Assembly: GCA_016712355.1 (NCBI GenBank)
Contig: JADJRF010000005.1
Coordinates: 2,255,819-2,319,818 of the forward strand
DNA length: 64,000 bases
From: Vampirovibrionales bacterium
Lineage (GTDB): Bacteria; Cyanobacteriota; Vampirovibrionia; Vampirovibrionales; Vampirovibrionaceae
Direction of reading: 5' to 3'
This document shows positions 11,701 to 18,860 of the stretch, in pieces (the stretch's first letter is position 1; the number at the start of each line of letters is the position of its first letter). A program made the position numbers and the translations under genes. The notes under the pieces were generated by a model that did no database searches, was not told where the DNA came from, and saw nothing but the letters and a program-made list of their open reading frames with translations.

Positions 11701-14070
11701 TGCAGCGCCGGTGAGGTTGGCGTCGGCATTGAAGGTATTGGCCCCGCTGTTGACGACCGCGGCATTCAGCGTCAAATCGTTACTCGCACTGGCCGTTAAC
11801 GCGCCGGATCCATTGCTGATATCACCATCGATTGAGACGTTGGTTCCGGCCAGCGTTAACGCGCCGGTTCCCGGTTTGGTGATACCGCCCAGACTGGTAA
11901 TCGATAAATCACCGACCCCGTTGCTGGCGGCGCCGGTCAGATTGGCGTCCGCCGTCAAGGATACGGCCCCATTAGCGGCTATCGCCAGCAGGGTATTCAG
12001 GGTGAGATGATTACTGGCGTTAATGCCCACGTTACCCGCGCCAAAGGAGGAGAACGTCCCGTCCAACGTCACGTTGGCCCCATTCAGCGTCAGAGTCCCG
12101 GTCCCTGGCTTGGAAATAACGCCGGCTGCGGTGATCTGCAAATCGCCAACCCCATTGCTCGCCGCGCCGGCCAGATTGGCGTCAGCGGTCAGCGAAATAC
12201 CGGCATTGGCGGCGACGCTCAAAGTATTGTTGAGGGTGAGATGATTGCTGGCATTCATCGTCACGGAACCGGAGCCCAGCGTCATCGCGCCATCCAGGGT
12301 GATATTGCTTCCCGTCAGCGTCATCGCGCCAGAACCCAGCTTGGTGATGCTGCCATCGTTTCGCAGATAAATATTGCCCACGCCGTTACTGGCGCTGCCA
12401 TTGGCCGCATCGGCCGTCAGGGTAAGAGTGGAAGCGGTGGCATTCGTGCCAACGGTTAAGGCGTTGTAGATATTGATGTCATTATTGGCCGACAGCGTAA
12501 AACTGGTCGTCGCAGGCAGATCAAAGGCATCGACAATCGTAATATCATTGGTCGCCTGCAAGTTAACCGTGGCAAATCCGCTAAAAAATGACGGATCAAA
12601 CGCAGAATCTGCTCCCGGATTAACGGTATAAGCCACTGTCCCGCCACCGGGGTTGCTCCCGCCATTCTGAATTACGATATTCACCGGATCAATCAGGAGG
12701 GAGCCTGCCGTACCGCCCGGCGCCTCGCCTCGCGCAAGCCCCTCGTAAATCACGGTGTTTTGCGCGCTGACTTCCGCAAACCCACCGTCGCCATGGCGTC
12801 GTCCGCCACGAACATCGATCAGCGCGTCGCGTTGAAAAAGCGTATCGACATCCGACCAGATGCGCACGCTACCCGCCGAACCCGACTCGCCCACCGCCGC
12901 AACCGAGGTGACGCCGCCCGACTCCAGACGCGTTTGCTGACGAGAGGCAATGTCAATCGAGCCGCCCGCGCCGTCTTCGGCCGCTGTTGCCAATACCTGA
13001 CCGGAAGAAGTGATTGCGTCACCCTGAATCGACACATCTCCCGCCGTCGCCTGCTCTGTCGCCGCGCTGGCGTCAATGACGCCCGTATTTACCACCAACG
13101 CCGATCGATCTTCGCTGGCGGCCTGCAAGGCGATTTGTCCCTGGCCGTTGCGAGTGATCGACTGCGCCTGAATCACGCCGGTATTGTTAATCGCGCGGGC
13201 ATAAAGCTGCCTGGATAAATCTGCCTGAAGTCGCACCAGGCCGTCGTTGGCCGCAATCGTGCCCGCATTGCGGATAGCGTCCTGATAGCCTTCAACCTTG
13301 CCGCTGAGAGCCTTGTCGACGCGCACCTGTACCGCCACGCCGTCCGGCGTACGCATGGCAATCTCATCTCCGACGGCAATCTGGACGCTGCCGCCGGGCG
13401 CATGGATATTGCCCGTATTGGCCACCGCCGGGCCATTCAGAACAACATAGCCGCCGGGAGCCGCCTCAATGTGGCCTTCGTTCCTCAACGCCGCCGCCAA
13501 TTGCGCCGGATCGCGGCGAAACGTATAGTCGCGCGCCATGAAGTCCTGCGGCTTCATTGACAGGGTGGACAACACCAGCGATCCCACGTTGAGCCGGGCC
13601 ATGGGACCAATCTCAATTCCGGCGGGATTCACGAGAAACACATGACCGTTGGCGTTCATCGCGCCCAGAATACGAGACGTTTGACCGCCGATCACGTAAT
13701 TCAACAGGCTGCCTTGCGGCAGCGACAGAAAGAAATTAACCCGTTCGTGGGCAGCGATATCAAATTGCTGATAACGGACGATCGACTGAAGCGAACGACT
13801 GGTAATGTTCAGCGTATTGGCGTCTGGCTGATCAAACTGCACGTCGCCGGATTCCACAGCATACCCAGTCGGTAACGCCATGGCGGAAGGTGAATTGAGA
13901 AACGGAACCGAAAATAATAGCATCCCAGCCAACACAGCAGACAGCCAACGCCCCGACGGGGACGCGGACCGCTTAGAACCGTTATGGCAAAACGCTCGTG
14001 TCATGGATTTTACCGGGACCTCACCGGAAAAGTCGTTTCTTCCATCGTGGCAGAGGCGTTGAGCGAGCAA
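2737..14070 (-). CDS. giant two-partner-secretion exoprotein TpsA (filamentous haemagglutinin-like adhesin); N-terminal TPS secretion domain followed by a beta-helical repeat shaft
   Basis: 3777-aa ORF. The N-terminus has an extended signal region and TPS-domain hallmarks (LNITS..., NPAGIEIG as the NPNGI-type motif, SRILG). An ATG at 14004 (MTRAF...) is an alternative start to the TTG at 14070. No C-terminal toxin motif such as VENN is visible. A divergent TpsB gene is adjacent. Confidence 0.9.
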   Translation of the reverse strand: MLAQRLCHDGRNDFSGEVPVKSMTRAFCHNGSKRSASPSGRWLSAVLAGMLLFSVPFLNSPSAMALPTGYAVESGDVQFDQPDANTLNITSRSLQSIVRYQQFDIAAHERVNFFLSLPQGSLLNYVIGGQTSRILGAMNANGHVFLVNPAGIEIGPMARLNVGSLVLSTLSMKPQDFMARDYTFRRDPAQLAAALRNEGHIEAAPGGYVVLNGPAVANTGNIHAPGGSVQIAVGDEIAMRTPDGVAVQVRVDKALSGKVEGYQDAIRNAGTIAANDGLVRLQADLSRQLYARAINNTGVIQAQSITRNGQGQIALQAASEDRSALVVNTGVIDASAATEQATAGDVSIQGDAITSSGQVLATAAEDGAGGSIDIASRQQTRLESGGVTSVAAVGESGSAGSVRIWSDVDTLFQRDALIDVRGGRRHGDGGFAEVSAQNTVIYEGLARGEAPGGTAGSLLIDPVNIVIQNGGSNPGGGTVAYTVNPGADSAFDPSFFSGFATVNLQATNDITIVDAFDLPATTSFTLSANNDINIYNALTVGTNATASTLTLTADAANGSASNGVGNIYLRNDGSITKLGSGAMTLTGSNITLDGAMTLGSGSVTMNASNHLTLNNTLSVAANAGISLTADANLAGAASNGVGDLQITAAGVISKPGTGTLTLNGANVTLDGTFSSFGAGNVGINASNHLTLNTLLAIAANGAVSLTADANLTGAASNGVGDLSITSLGGITKPGTGALTLAGTNVSIDGDISNGSGALTASASNDLTLNAAVVNSGANTFNADANLTGAATNGVGILTITGAGSIAASGSSTLTLSAPTIDLDGTLNPGTGPIAFLTSQVSRPIEVGGGSSLADAEPGSALWISDQELDRITAVNYNTIFGSTTHTAGITAVGTFSSGRQLEFRTLGSFVSNVGAPISTTNRQLVITANTVDINDTISIGSGALYIRPTTLTRAIELNAAGAITDAEPALLSVNAAELALLSTTGSLNIGQTTTTGGLSISGSINRGFDLNLYNSASITQPSGVTITLTGSKSLILQADSIDINDAINVGAGNITLSASGAARATQIGGPALLGDVEPGGNLLISDAELALLTNTGTLTLGNTTSTGATTVTTPYGFGNRNLSIASNGSTIINTGSALSVSSGKSISLYSQTLDLNATLDTGAGVGNVNFYTAQAARNIEVGGGVSTADAEPGAAMRVSNPELALLTTGTVTIGNDNTGTFTIIGATNTNAANLSLYARNLITVNASSPITLANKNLTVRANDVAINSALDVGTGIMTFVARDTTRLFNLGGLSSPGGTLGVSNPEFAYLSAGTIVIGSTSYTNGLTISGDVTVNSPLTLINTGTVGSYTGIRQTAGTITTNNRNLTLQGNQVDLDGVINAGTATVTILPASAARPVTLASSLASGASETALSDLNISINEMNAITSGQLTVGTTSNTGGITIAGDFDLSSRYNLSLINAGVAGTTPGLTASDRFFNTGAKWIDVNAVSSSMSWTTAGDNRAISLRNVTANGGTTFGATGDNSGISLSSLSSTGGTTISTEGLASPVQIGALTSFGTGNVNVLMDALQSDLSITGTFIHNGVGGSTVRLNAGHSADGLTLYNAAAALSLGAGSTIASGATKNLSVFTGGGSVFNTTSLFNRSFTFNNLLFRTAADNTGLDFSAASKPLAAFTAANLTLQTQGANSAILLGGSVSASGNLDILAARSNVTLAGALSQSGGAGTSARLSAGYDALGVSQNASAALSLAGVTIANDAAKDVSIWSGGGGVFSNAYFNNAIVLNSLDLRSASAATINVGSTLASTINALTFQTLGDASVNNSGSHLTLGGAGGQTQVGGVLTVQNTQNVLTGADMTIGSLSLATTAANGSVTLAHDVSATNGLAITTHGTGALIAQTGADITSINGPVTLLSRSLEMQGASLIQAGSGVLTLAPNASGVDMAVGDAGAGSATYDINASEFSRLSGASLVIGDTAKTGGLTLAGDLSTSNRFNLTLRNGGNITGSGRAVTADNQSIAFETPGAVTLGAVSGANTILTLDAGTGIATQGAVALTGTGSASFITRNNGAIAINENVSAASGFSATADGSGTLSVATGKSVSTQNALLAITARDVALNGTSTLNAGFTGAVTLKPNDNVAISLASGGAGAGPFDVNASELGRITAGSLQVGDTGKTGGLTILGDINLAGRYHLDLQNGGDITGAGVSLARGGKILTLASGADVTLSSSAVGGLFDISGITANNLSLIASGANAPITLGSDVSAHHLTLKTLASGSSIATGALASSGNLDVLSAYGNVTASGAVSHTGGAGTSARLSAGYDELGVLRNAAAQASLPAASLSISADATKAVRLWDGAGTVLSQSWLNTGATLSTLDLRTAASANLGSQAAPLTLNASQLILKTSGDAFLQTNGPLTLGGAAAGETIAIGGTFSLDSLGDVTVANAVTAQTMLLSAASGGDLYLGDGLSAAPGAVWLDGSELGLLSANQITFGRDVATGEIRLGTANLSASGAHVTLNASGPITDGLNSANTVNLTLASGKNLSITGGGGVGSGVVGASGAGDVGVLTSGGATVSILTNGQDVHLYHGGSLLIDAIQAGAGAVRLASVAGLSGITGAGPHISTTANLSLSSGGVIGGPSSNGLIIDAGAVTITGSGGNAITLTDVGTLTLDRIVTGGAGDIKLSAAGAIDDLDDAGDNIATTGTLSLTSAGAIGGATAQGLNINTGAVTVTSTGGHHVTLSDSGALTLDRIITGGAGNVSLTAAGAIDDLDDVGDNIATTGTLSLTSAGAIGGATTQGLNINTGAVTVSSTGGHHVTLVDSGALTLDRIITGGAGNVSLTAAGAIDDLDDVGDNIATTGTLSLTSAGAIGGATAQGLNINTGAVTVSSTGGHHVTLSDSGALTLDRIITGGAGDIKLSAAGAIDDLDDVGDNIATTGTLSFTSAGAIGGATAQGLNINTGAVTVSSTGGHHVTLSDSGALTLDRIITGGAGDIKLSAAGAIDDLDDVGDNIATTGTLSLTSAGAIGGATAQGLNINTGAVTVSSTGGHHVTLSDSDALTLDRIITGGAGDIKLSAAGAIDDLDDVGDNIATTGTLSLTSMGAIGGSTAQGLNINTGAVTVTSTGGHHVTLVDSGALTLDRIITGGAGNVTLSSAGAIDDLDDVGDNIATTGTLSLTSAGAIGGATAQGLNINTGAVTVTSTGGHHVTLVDSGALTLDRIVTGGAGDIKLSAAGAIDDLDDAGDNIATTGTLSLTSAGAIGGSTAQGLNISTGAVTVTSTGGQNITLSHSGALTLDHIATGGGGDIKLSAANGIIDLNLADTAAQLVTTGAIDLTALSGSIGSATNALGVAPGTGASALKAAAPQGGVYLKAFSAQTRVDNMTANASSGAIVLTGGHVTVGAGKILSAKEISLIVDALTLDGSLSAPTGTIAITPGNRSASIGLDHAASAFNLTTANLANITAGTLVMGDALTQGDITLGVTTLAGGLTLSTTGRVHNGTAVGSNAVNATLGSDSNFRIQGGGAIGSGQVGAADNDLKIHLSGVGKLDVKTNNAPIYINLTHGGYLGQVNAGSAGIQLSAGNTAIGSHGSLLNGNGAAYNLVAGADSSLISGYNGSSSIGSQNDPIRVLMPSGQLRIQTFGADNGTSINLTGNVANPIVVVSPPPGAIVTNDLQLILPAAEPTVQAVQTPYLLDHKVFPGGFLEKRDTHSFSLRGSSENEDVLTVRRIEPAPIPEADLLDMGPAPVPQAEEDPSELLDQNLRVRKRVKTSGLYGAGSPSVKRVLGSNPR
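4030..6370 (-). repeat. tandem array of about 9-10 copies of a 234-bp (78-aa) coding repeat inside tpsA1
   Basis: Spurious plus-strand ORFs recur every 234 bp (4268, 4502, 4736 ... 5906). The protein shows repeated ...LTLDRI(I/V)TGGAG(D/N)(I/V)(K/S)L(S/T)AAGAIDDLDDVGDNIATTGTLSLTSAGAIGGATAQGLNINTGAVTV(S/T)STGGHHVTL(S/V)DSGA... units. Confidence 0.85.
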
Positions 14071-14247
14071 AACCTCCTGTTAACGCAAGCCTTACTCCTT
14101 CAATTGCAGGATTTTTCGCCTTCCTCCTGAAGACGCAGGATCCCGCCCGGAGCGTGGAAACGTACAATTCCGTATGATTCTTATCGACTATTTTTATAGG
14201 GACTTGAATTTATTCGACCCTAAAATCAGACGAACAGGTGGGCAGGA
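14071..14247. promoter_or_regulatory. 177-bp divergent intergenic region between tpsA1 and tpsB with an AT-rich core (likely bidirectional promoter and operator)
   Basis: A locally AT-rich stretch (gattcttatcgactatttttatagggacttgaatttattcgaccctaaaatcag) sits in an otherwise GC-rich context. It holds TTGAAT and TAAAAT hexamers, but with an 11-nt spacing. No clean sigma70 match could be assigned by eye. Confidence 0.35.
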
Positions 14248-16104
14248 ATGGGGCGAGCGGACTGGCAACACGATTCCAGGGCCGGGAGGCTGGCGCCGCT
14301 GCGCTTTTCGCGCATCTCAAATCTGCGGGCCATCTGCGTTTTACTGGCCAGCGCCTGGCTGCTGAACCCGCTGAATACCCCTGCCAGCGCAGAATCGCCG
14401 CCGCCATCTTCTGCTACGCCCGCTTTGGGCGATCTGATTCAGACGCTGCGCCAGGACCCGCGCTCGCCTCTAACGCATCCCCAAGCCGAAAAACCCGCCA
14501 GTCTGGCGGCCCCCGTGGAAGCGCCCGTTTCCCAATCAGATACGGTCACCCCGGAGGCGTCCCCGATCACCGAAGACACGCCGTTTTTTGTTCAAAGCGT
14601 CTCCGTGGAAGGCGTCTCTGCCTTAAACCGTAAAGAGCTCGCGCGCCGGCTGGCTCCGTTTCAAGAAAGCAACGTCACGTTTCGACAATTGAAAGCTCTG
14701 GCGGACTCCCTGACGGCGCTGTATCACGAGCAGGGCTTTGTCACGAGCCAGGTCGTCTTGCCGCCTCAAACGCTGGAAGGACATAGCGTTCAGCTTCAGG
14801 CAATCGAAGGACGTCTGGGCGACGTCCAACTCGAGATGGACCCCGCGCATCCGCTGGTCGGCCGTCGCGCGATCGCGCCGCGCTTGAATCTGGATCGAAA
14901 CGATATCTTCAATCTGCGGGCGATTCGCTCACAACTCAATACGATTAACGAGCATCCCGACATGAAAGTCGGCGCCACGATCCGGGCCTCGCAAACCCCC
15001 GGCGCAACAGATCTGACGCTCACGGCCAAGACGCGTTTTCCGCTGCACATATCGCCGTCACTGGATAACATGGGACGCGAGACCATTGGCGATCTACGCG
15101 TTGGTCTGACGGCGCAAGACACCAACTTATTGGGGTTTGGCGATCAATTGAGCAGCAGTCTGGTCTGGACCCGTCGATCGTTTGGCCATTTCTCGCGCTA
15201 CCGCCTCCCCGTCGGCGCGTATGGCGCCGAGGTCGGTTTTGATTTCGGGCGCAGCGCCCTGCGACTGGGCAACAATCTGACGAAATACGAGATCAGCGGC
15301 CATTCGACAACGTATTCGATCAATCTGACGCAGCCTCTCTACCGCGGAGACTGGCTCAAAATCACAGGGAGCCAGTCGCTTGATATTAAAAATATGGAAA
15401 CCGCCCTGCACAATCAGCCTCTATACGCGGATAATATCCGCGTATGGCAATCCGGGCTGGACATTGAACAATGGGACCGTCTGGGACGAACAATTTTGCA
15501 TCAGGAAATCGGCGTGGGCCTGCCGATTTTTCGAGCCACAGACGGCGGCAGTCGAATGGCCAGCCGACGAAACGCCGGAAGCCGATTTTTTCGCTACGCC
15601 GGACAACTGATGCGCATCCACCGCCTGCCACTGAAGGCCATTGCCGTGCTGCGACTCAATTATCAGGTGAGCCCCGACCGGCTGGTTTCTTCTGAACAGA
15701 TGCAACTCGGCGGCGCGTACTCCGTGCGAGGATACCGGGAGGGATCGCAAATCGGCGACGCCGGGCTGTCGTTCAATGCAGAGTACTACCTGCCGTTGTC
15801 CGCGTTTTTAGGACGCGCGCAAACAACGGGCGGGGCTAACGGCGAAACAATCCTGCGCCCCCCGCACCCTCTTGCAGATGCGATCCAGTTGGTTGCCTTC
15901 AGCGATTTCGGCGCGAGCTGGACCAATCGGCCGCTGGCCAACGGAGACAAGTCTGAATACATGGCCGCCAGCGGCCTTGGCGTTCGCGCCCGTCTCAGCG
16001 AACGGCTGACCGGACGACTCGATCTCGCGCTCCCGCTGCTGCGCTATCGGCTCGACTCTCAGCGGCTGCGCGTTCATTTTGGGCTGCAAAGCGCCCTGTT
16101 TTAG
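14248..16104 (+). CDS. TpsB outer-membrane transporter of the ShlB/FhaC/HecB family (POTRA domains plus Omp85-type barrel)
   Basis: 618-aa ORF with a signal peptide (ICVLLASAWLLNPLNTPASA). A POTRA-like segment (FFVQSVSVEGVSALNRKELARRLAPFQESNVTFRQLKALADSLTALYHEQGFVTSQVVLPPQTLEGHSVQLQAIEGRLGDV) is typical of ShlB-type activators. A C-terminal aromatic-rich barrel follows. It lies divergent from tpsA1. Confidence 0.85.
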   Translation: MGRADWQHDSRAGRLAPLRFSRISNLRAICVLLASAWLLNPLNTPASAESPPPSSATPALGDLIQTLRQDPRSPLTHPQAEKPASLAAPVEAPVSQSDTVTPEASPITEDTPFFVQSVSVEGVSALNRKELARRLAPFQESNVTFRQLKALADSLTALYHEQGFVTSQVVLPPQTLEGHSVQLQAIEGRLGDVQLEMDPAHPLVGRRAIAPRLNLDRNDIFNLRAIRSQLNTINEHPDMKVGATIRASQTPGATDLTLTAKTRFPLHISPSLDNMGRETIGDLRVGLTAQDTNLLGFGDQLSSSLVWTRRSFGHFSRYRLPVGAYGAEVGFDFGRSALRLGNNLTKYEISGHSTTYSINLTQPLYRGDWLKITGSQSLDIKNMETALHNQPLYADNIRVWQSGLDIEQWDRLGRTILHQEIGVGLPIFRATDGGSRMASRRNAGSRFFRYAGQLMRIHRLPLKAIAVLRLNYQVSPDRLVSSEQMQLGGAYSVRGYREGSQIGDAGLSFNAEYYLPLSAFLGRAQTTGGANGETILRPPHPLADAIQLVAFSDFGASWTNRPLANGDKSEYMAASGLGVRARLSERLTGRLDLALPLLRYRLDSQRLRVHFGLQSALF

Positions 16105-16152
16105 CCCGCCCATACGCGTCGTCGTCAGAAAATCAGGTTTTAAATCGGGCAA

Positions 16153-16869
16153 TTAAAGACTGTGCAGTTCTTCTGGTCGAATCAGTCCGGTAGTAATGGC
16201 TTTCACGGCGGCCTGTACGCGATCATGGACCGCCAGTTTCTGCAAGATAGCGCTAACCTGGAACTTCACGGTGTGAACGCTGACGAATAACTGATTGGCG
16301 ATTTCCTGATTATTTTTGCCTTCGGTCAGTAGTCGCAACACTTCTCGCTCTCGCGCGCCCAGAGAGGGCGACGCGCCTTCCTCGGCAGGCTTGACAGATG
16401 CCGCGTCCAGGGTTTCGCCAGAACGAGGGGCTTTTTCAGAAAACACCGACAGCGCAACCGTCGCAATCGCCGGGTCGAGCCAAGCCGCCCCATCCATCAC
16501 CGAACGAATGACTTCTACGAGGCGCTCGGTGGGAATCCCCTTGAGACAATAGGCGTTAGCGCCCGCGCCCAGAGCGGCCATCACCGTCTCTTGGGACTCG
16601 TGAGAAGTCAGCATAATCACTTTTAATTGCGGCATTTCGGCTTTGAGCAGGCGCGTGGCTTCAATACCGCTCATATCCGGCAATGTCACGTCCATTAAAG
16701 CAATATCGGGCTCGTGACGCCGAATGGCCTCGATTCCGTCATTCGCAGTGCCTGCCTGCGCCAGCACGTCCATATCGGGCAAGGCGTCCAGATAAGCGGA
16801 GACGCCCATGCGGATCAGCTCGTAATCATCCGTAAACACAATGCGAATGGGACGCTTGGCGTCAGGCAT
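16153..16869 (-). CDS. two-component response regulator, NarL/FixJ family (REC plus LuxR-type HTH)
   Basis: 238 aa. The receiver carries conserved acidic residues and Lys. The C-terminal helix-turn-helix (EREVLRLLTEGKNNQEIANQLFVSVHTVKFQVSAILQKL) is a LuxR-type HTH. It is convergent with tpsB across a 48-bp gap. Confidence 0.9.
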   Translation of the reverse strand: MPDAKRPIRIVFTDDYELIRMGVSAYLDALPDMDVLAQAGTANDGIEAIRRHEPDIALMDVTLPDMSGIEATRLLKAEMPQLKVIMLTSHESQETVMAALGAGANAYCLKGIPTERLVEVIRSVMDGAAWLDPAIATVALSVFSEKAPRSGETLDAASVKPAEEGASPSLGAREREVLRLLTEGKNNQEIANQLFVSVHTVKFQVSAILQKLAVHDRVQAAVKAITTGLIRPEELHSL

Positions 16870-17022
16870 GGCAAGATCCCTTTTGACCCTGCAAAAAAGC
16901 GGGTCTGATCGACGGCAACAAATTACAGTATCTAACGAAGGCTCTGAACGCTCGGGCCATCATAGCACGCGCTCGCCGTTTCCGAACGCTCTGTCTGCAA
17001 ACGCCGCGCCCGCCAAAAGCGA

Positions 17023-17052
17023 CGCTCAGCCCATCGGACGACAGGCTGAGCG
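17023..17052 (-). terminator. weak candidate intrinsic terminator downstream of the glycine-zipper gene
   Basis: A 9-bp stem (CGCTCAGCC / GGCTGAGCG) with a 12-nt loop. On the minus strand it is followed by UCGCUUUUGG, a short U tract. Confidence 0.3.
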
Positions 17053-17086
17053 CGCATTCTCCCTTGGTTGAAACCGTGGGAGAAGA

Positions 17087-17599
17087 TTAAGAGATGTTAA
17101 TAGCCTTGCCCTGATGACGCTCAAACAGCGCCTTCAATTCAGGAACCATCTCTTCGGAAGCCTGGACGGCGACCATCATGTTGCCTTCCTGCTTCAAGGC
17201 GTCTTCGTACACTTTGGCTTCATGCTCAGGCACGCCCAAGCCAATCAGACCGCCCAACAGACCACCCGCGCTAGCGCCAGCAGCCGTTCCGGCCAGAGCG
17301 CCAACCAGCGGACCCGCCGCCAACAAGCCCACGCCGGGCAGCAGGACGGAACCAACCAGCGTCAGGCCGCCGATAATCGCCCCAATAGCCGCGCCGCTCA
17401 GACCGCCGATAGTGGCGCCCTCAGGGGCTTTATTGCCATCTTTGACGTTGATCTTGTTGCCAGTATTTTCGGACATCAGAATGCTGATTTGGTCAGCAGG
17501 AACGTGCCGCTGCTGAAGCTCTTGATAAAGAGAATTCAACACATCTTCCGAAAAAATACCGGCAATATTTTTGGTTTTAACAGGCGTTTGCATGGTCAT
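17087..17599 (-). CDS. glycine-zipper membrane protein (YflT/DUF1269-like, general-stress-type)
   Basis: The ORF was trimmed to the Met (MTMQTPVKTK...) that has an AAGGAG Shine-Dalgarno 9 nt upstream. The C-terminal third is a Gly/Ala-rich glycine-zipper TM segment (GGLSGAAIGAIIGGLTLVGSVLLPGVGLLAAGPLVGALAGTAAGASAGGLLGGLIGLG). Confidence 0.45.
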   Translation of the reverse strand: MTMQTPVKTKNIAGIFSEDVLNSLYQELQQRHVPADQISILMSENTGNKINVKDGNKAPEGATIGGLSGAAIGAIIGGLTLVGSVLLPGVGLLAAGPLVGALAGTAAGASAGGLLGGLIGLGVPEHEAKVYEDALKQEGNMMVAVQASEEMVPELKALFERHQGKAINIS

Positions 17600-18281
17600 G
17601 ATAACAGTCTCCTTCATTAACTCATTAACTAAACGGTAAAAAAAGCGAAAATCAGTACACAACGCATTCAACAGGGTTTAAGGGTCGTCTCTTAATGGTC
17701 ATCTATGAGAATCAGGCGTCGCGTCGCAAAAGAAACCTGAACAAGGGAAAATGTGAGGAATACTTTTGCAGTGACAGCCTGCTGGAGATGTTCATCTCGC
17801 GGCGACTGCGTTTATCATCGCGCTTTGCGTATGTTTCGCCTATCCGTCGAACAGCTAAAAAACAAATAGCCGACTGACTATTGACGCCAAAACCCATGCG
17901 CTGAGCCGACAAAAAGGGTTCTCACTCCCAATGTGAACATTCGTGGGCGCTCGATTATTAAGAAAGCGACATGATATCGATGCGCCAAGCGCCTGGAGCC
18001 CCATACAGAGGATATCCCTTATTCTCCCGCTCTATCTCCATGTGGACGCGGGGCCTTGGGGGAGCTCTTCACTACAGACGTTCCCATTCTGGAGAAGCTG
18101 TCCAAAGGCTCCCAAGGCGCGCAGCGTTATTCTTATATAGAGAAAAAGTAAGAACAGAGAAGAACGGTCCAGCATAGACAACCGGGTATTTGAGAATTAG
18201 ACGATTGTCGGATTGAGGGCGTTCAAAAAATTCTGTATAACCAATGACATACCCACCGCGCCAAGCAAAGGAGATACGCAA

Positions 18282-18626
18282 ATGGCCGCTCAAGCCAATA
18301 CTTTTTCTGCTCCCCAGTCGCAATTACGCGATTCTTTCGATGCCTTCCGCAAGCTGAACGGCCCTATTGCTTTTCGCCTCAGCGCCGTTACGACAGAAGC
18401 CGTCACGCCCTCTGCGATCATCCTCATCAAAGAATACCTGCAACGGATTATTTATCTACAGAAAGACAGCGAGATGGTCACGCTGCCCTCAATTGTAACC
18501 ATCGCCAATTTGTTCGAGACGACTCTCAAAGAAGTCAAACTGGCCTTACGCGAATTCAAGAAAATGGGCTTTAATTATCGCATTCAAGGCGAATTGCAGC
18601 CTGTCCATATCTGGGACGCCTTGTAG
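18282..18626 (+). CDS. hypothetical small protein (114 aa), possible HTH near the C-terminus
   Basis: An internal Met of the ORF has a strong SD (AAAGGAGATACGCAAATG). The protein sits in a locally AT-rich island with no recognisable family. The segment LPSIVTIANLFETTLKEVKLALREFKKMG is HTH-like. Confidence 0.4.
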   Translation: MAAQANTFSAPQSQLRDSFDAFRKLNGPIAFRLSAVTTEAVTPSAIILIKEYLQRIIYLQKDSEMVTLPSIVTIANLFETTLKEVKLALREFKKMGFNYRIQGELQPVHIWDAL

Positions 18627-18746
18627 CGCCTATCCCATACTTCAGACATTAACTGATCAATTTTGATCACTCATAAAATTAGCAACTCATAAAATTAGCA
18701 GGAGAGATTTTTAATCGGGTTTTTTAGCTATAACTCTTGGGCTCTG

Positions 18747-18776
18747 AACGATGGCATTGACCATCGTTTTTTTTTT
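18747..18776 (+). terminator. rho-independent terminator
   Basis: AACGATGG - cattga - CCATCGTT stem-loop immediately followed by T10 (18767-18776), about 120 nt after the 18626 stop. Confidence 0.6.
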
Positions 18777-18860
18777 GCCAAAATCAACAAGACGCCAAGG
18801 GCCTTGCCCCGGCGTTTGACCTTCCCCAGCCTAAAGACTTGAAAGCATTAGGACTTTGGC

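Noticed and set aside
3043-13875. Dozens of 60-250-aa ORFs on the plus strand inside tpsA1, including a ladder of 74-aa ORFs every 234 bp
   Set aside because: They are antisense to a 3777-aa ORF with clear TPS-domain homology. Their periodicity just mirrors the coding repeats, and their translations are low-complexity Pro/Ala/Val strings. They are artefacts of GC-rich repetitive sequence.
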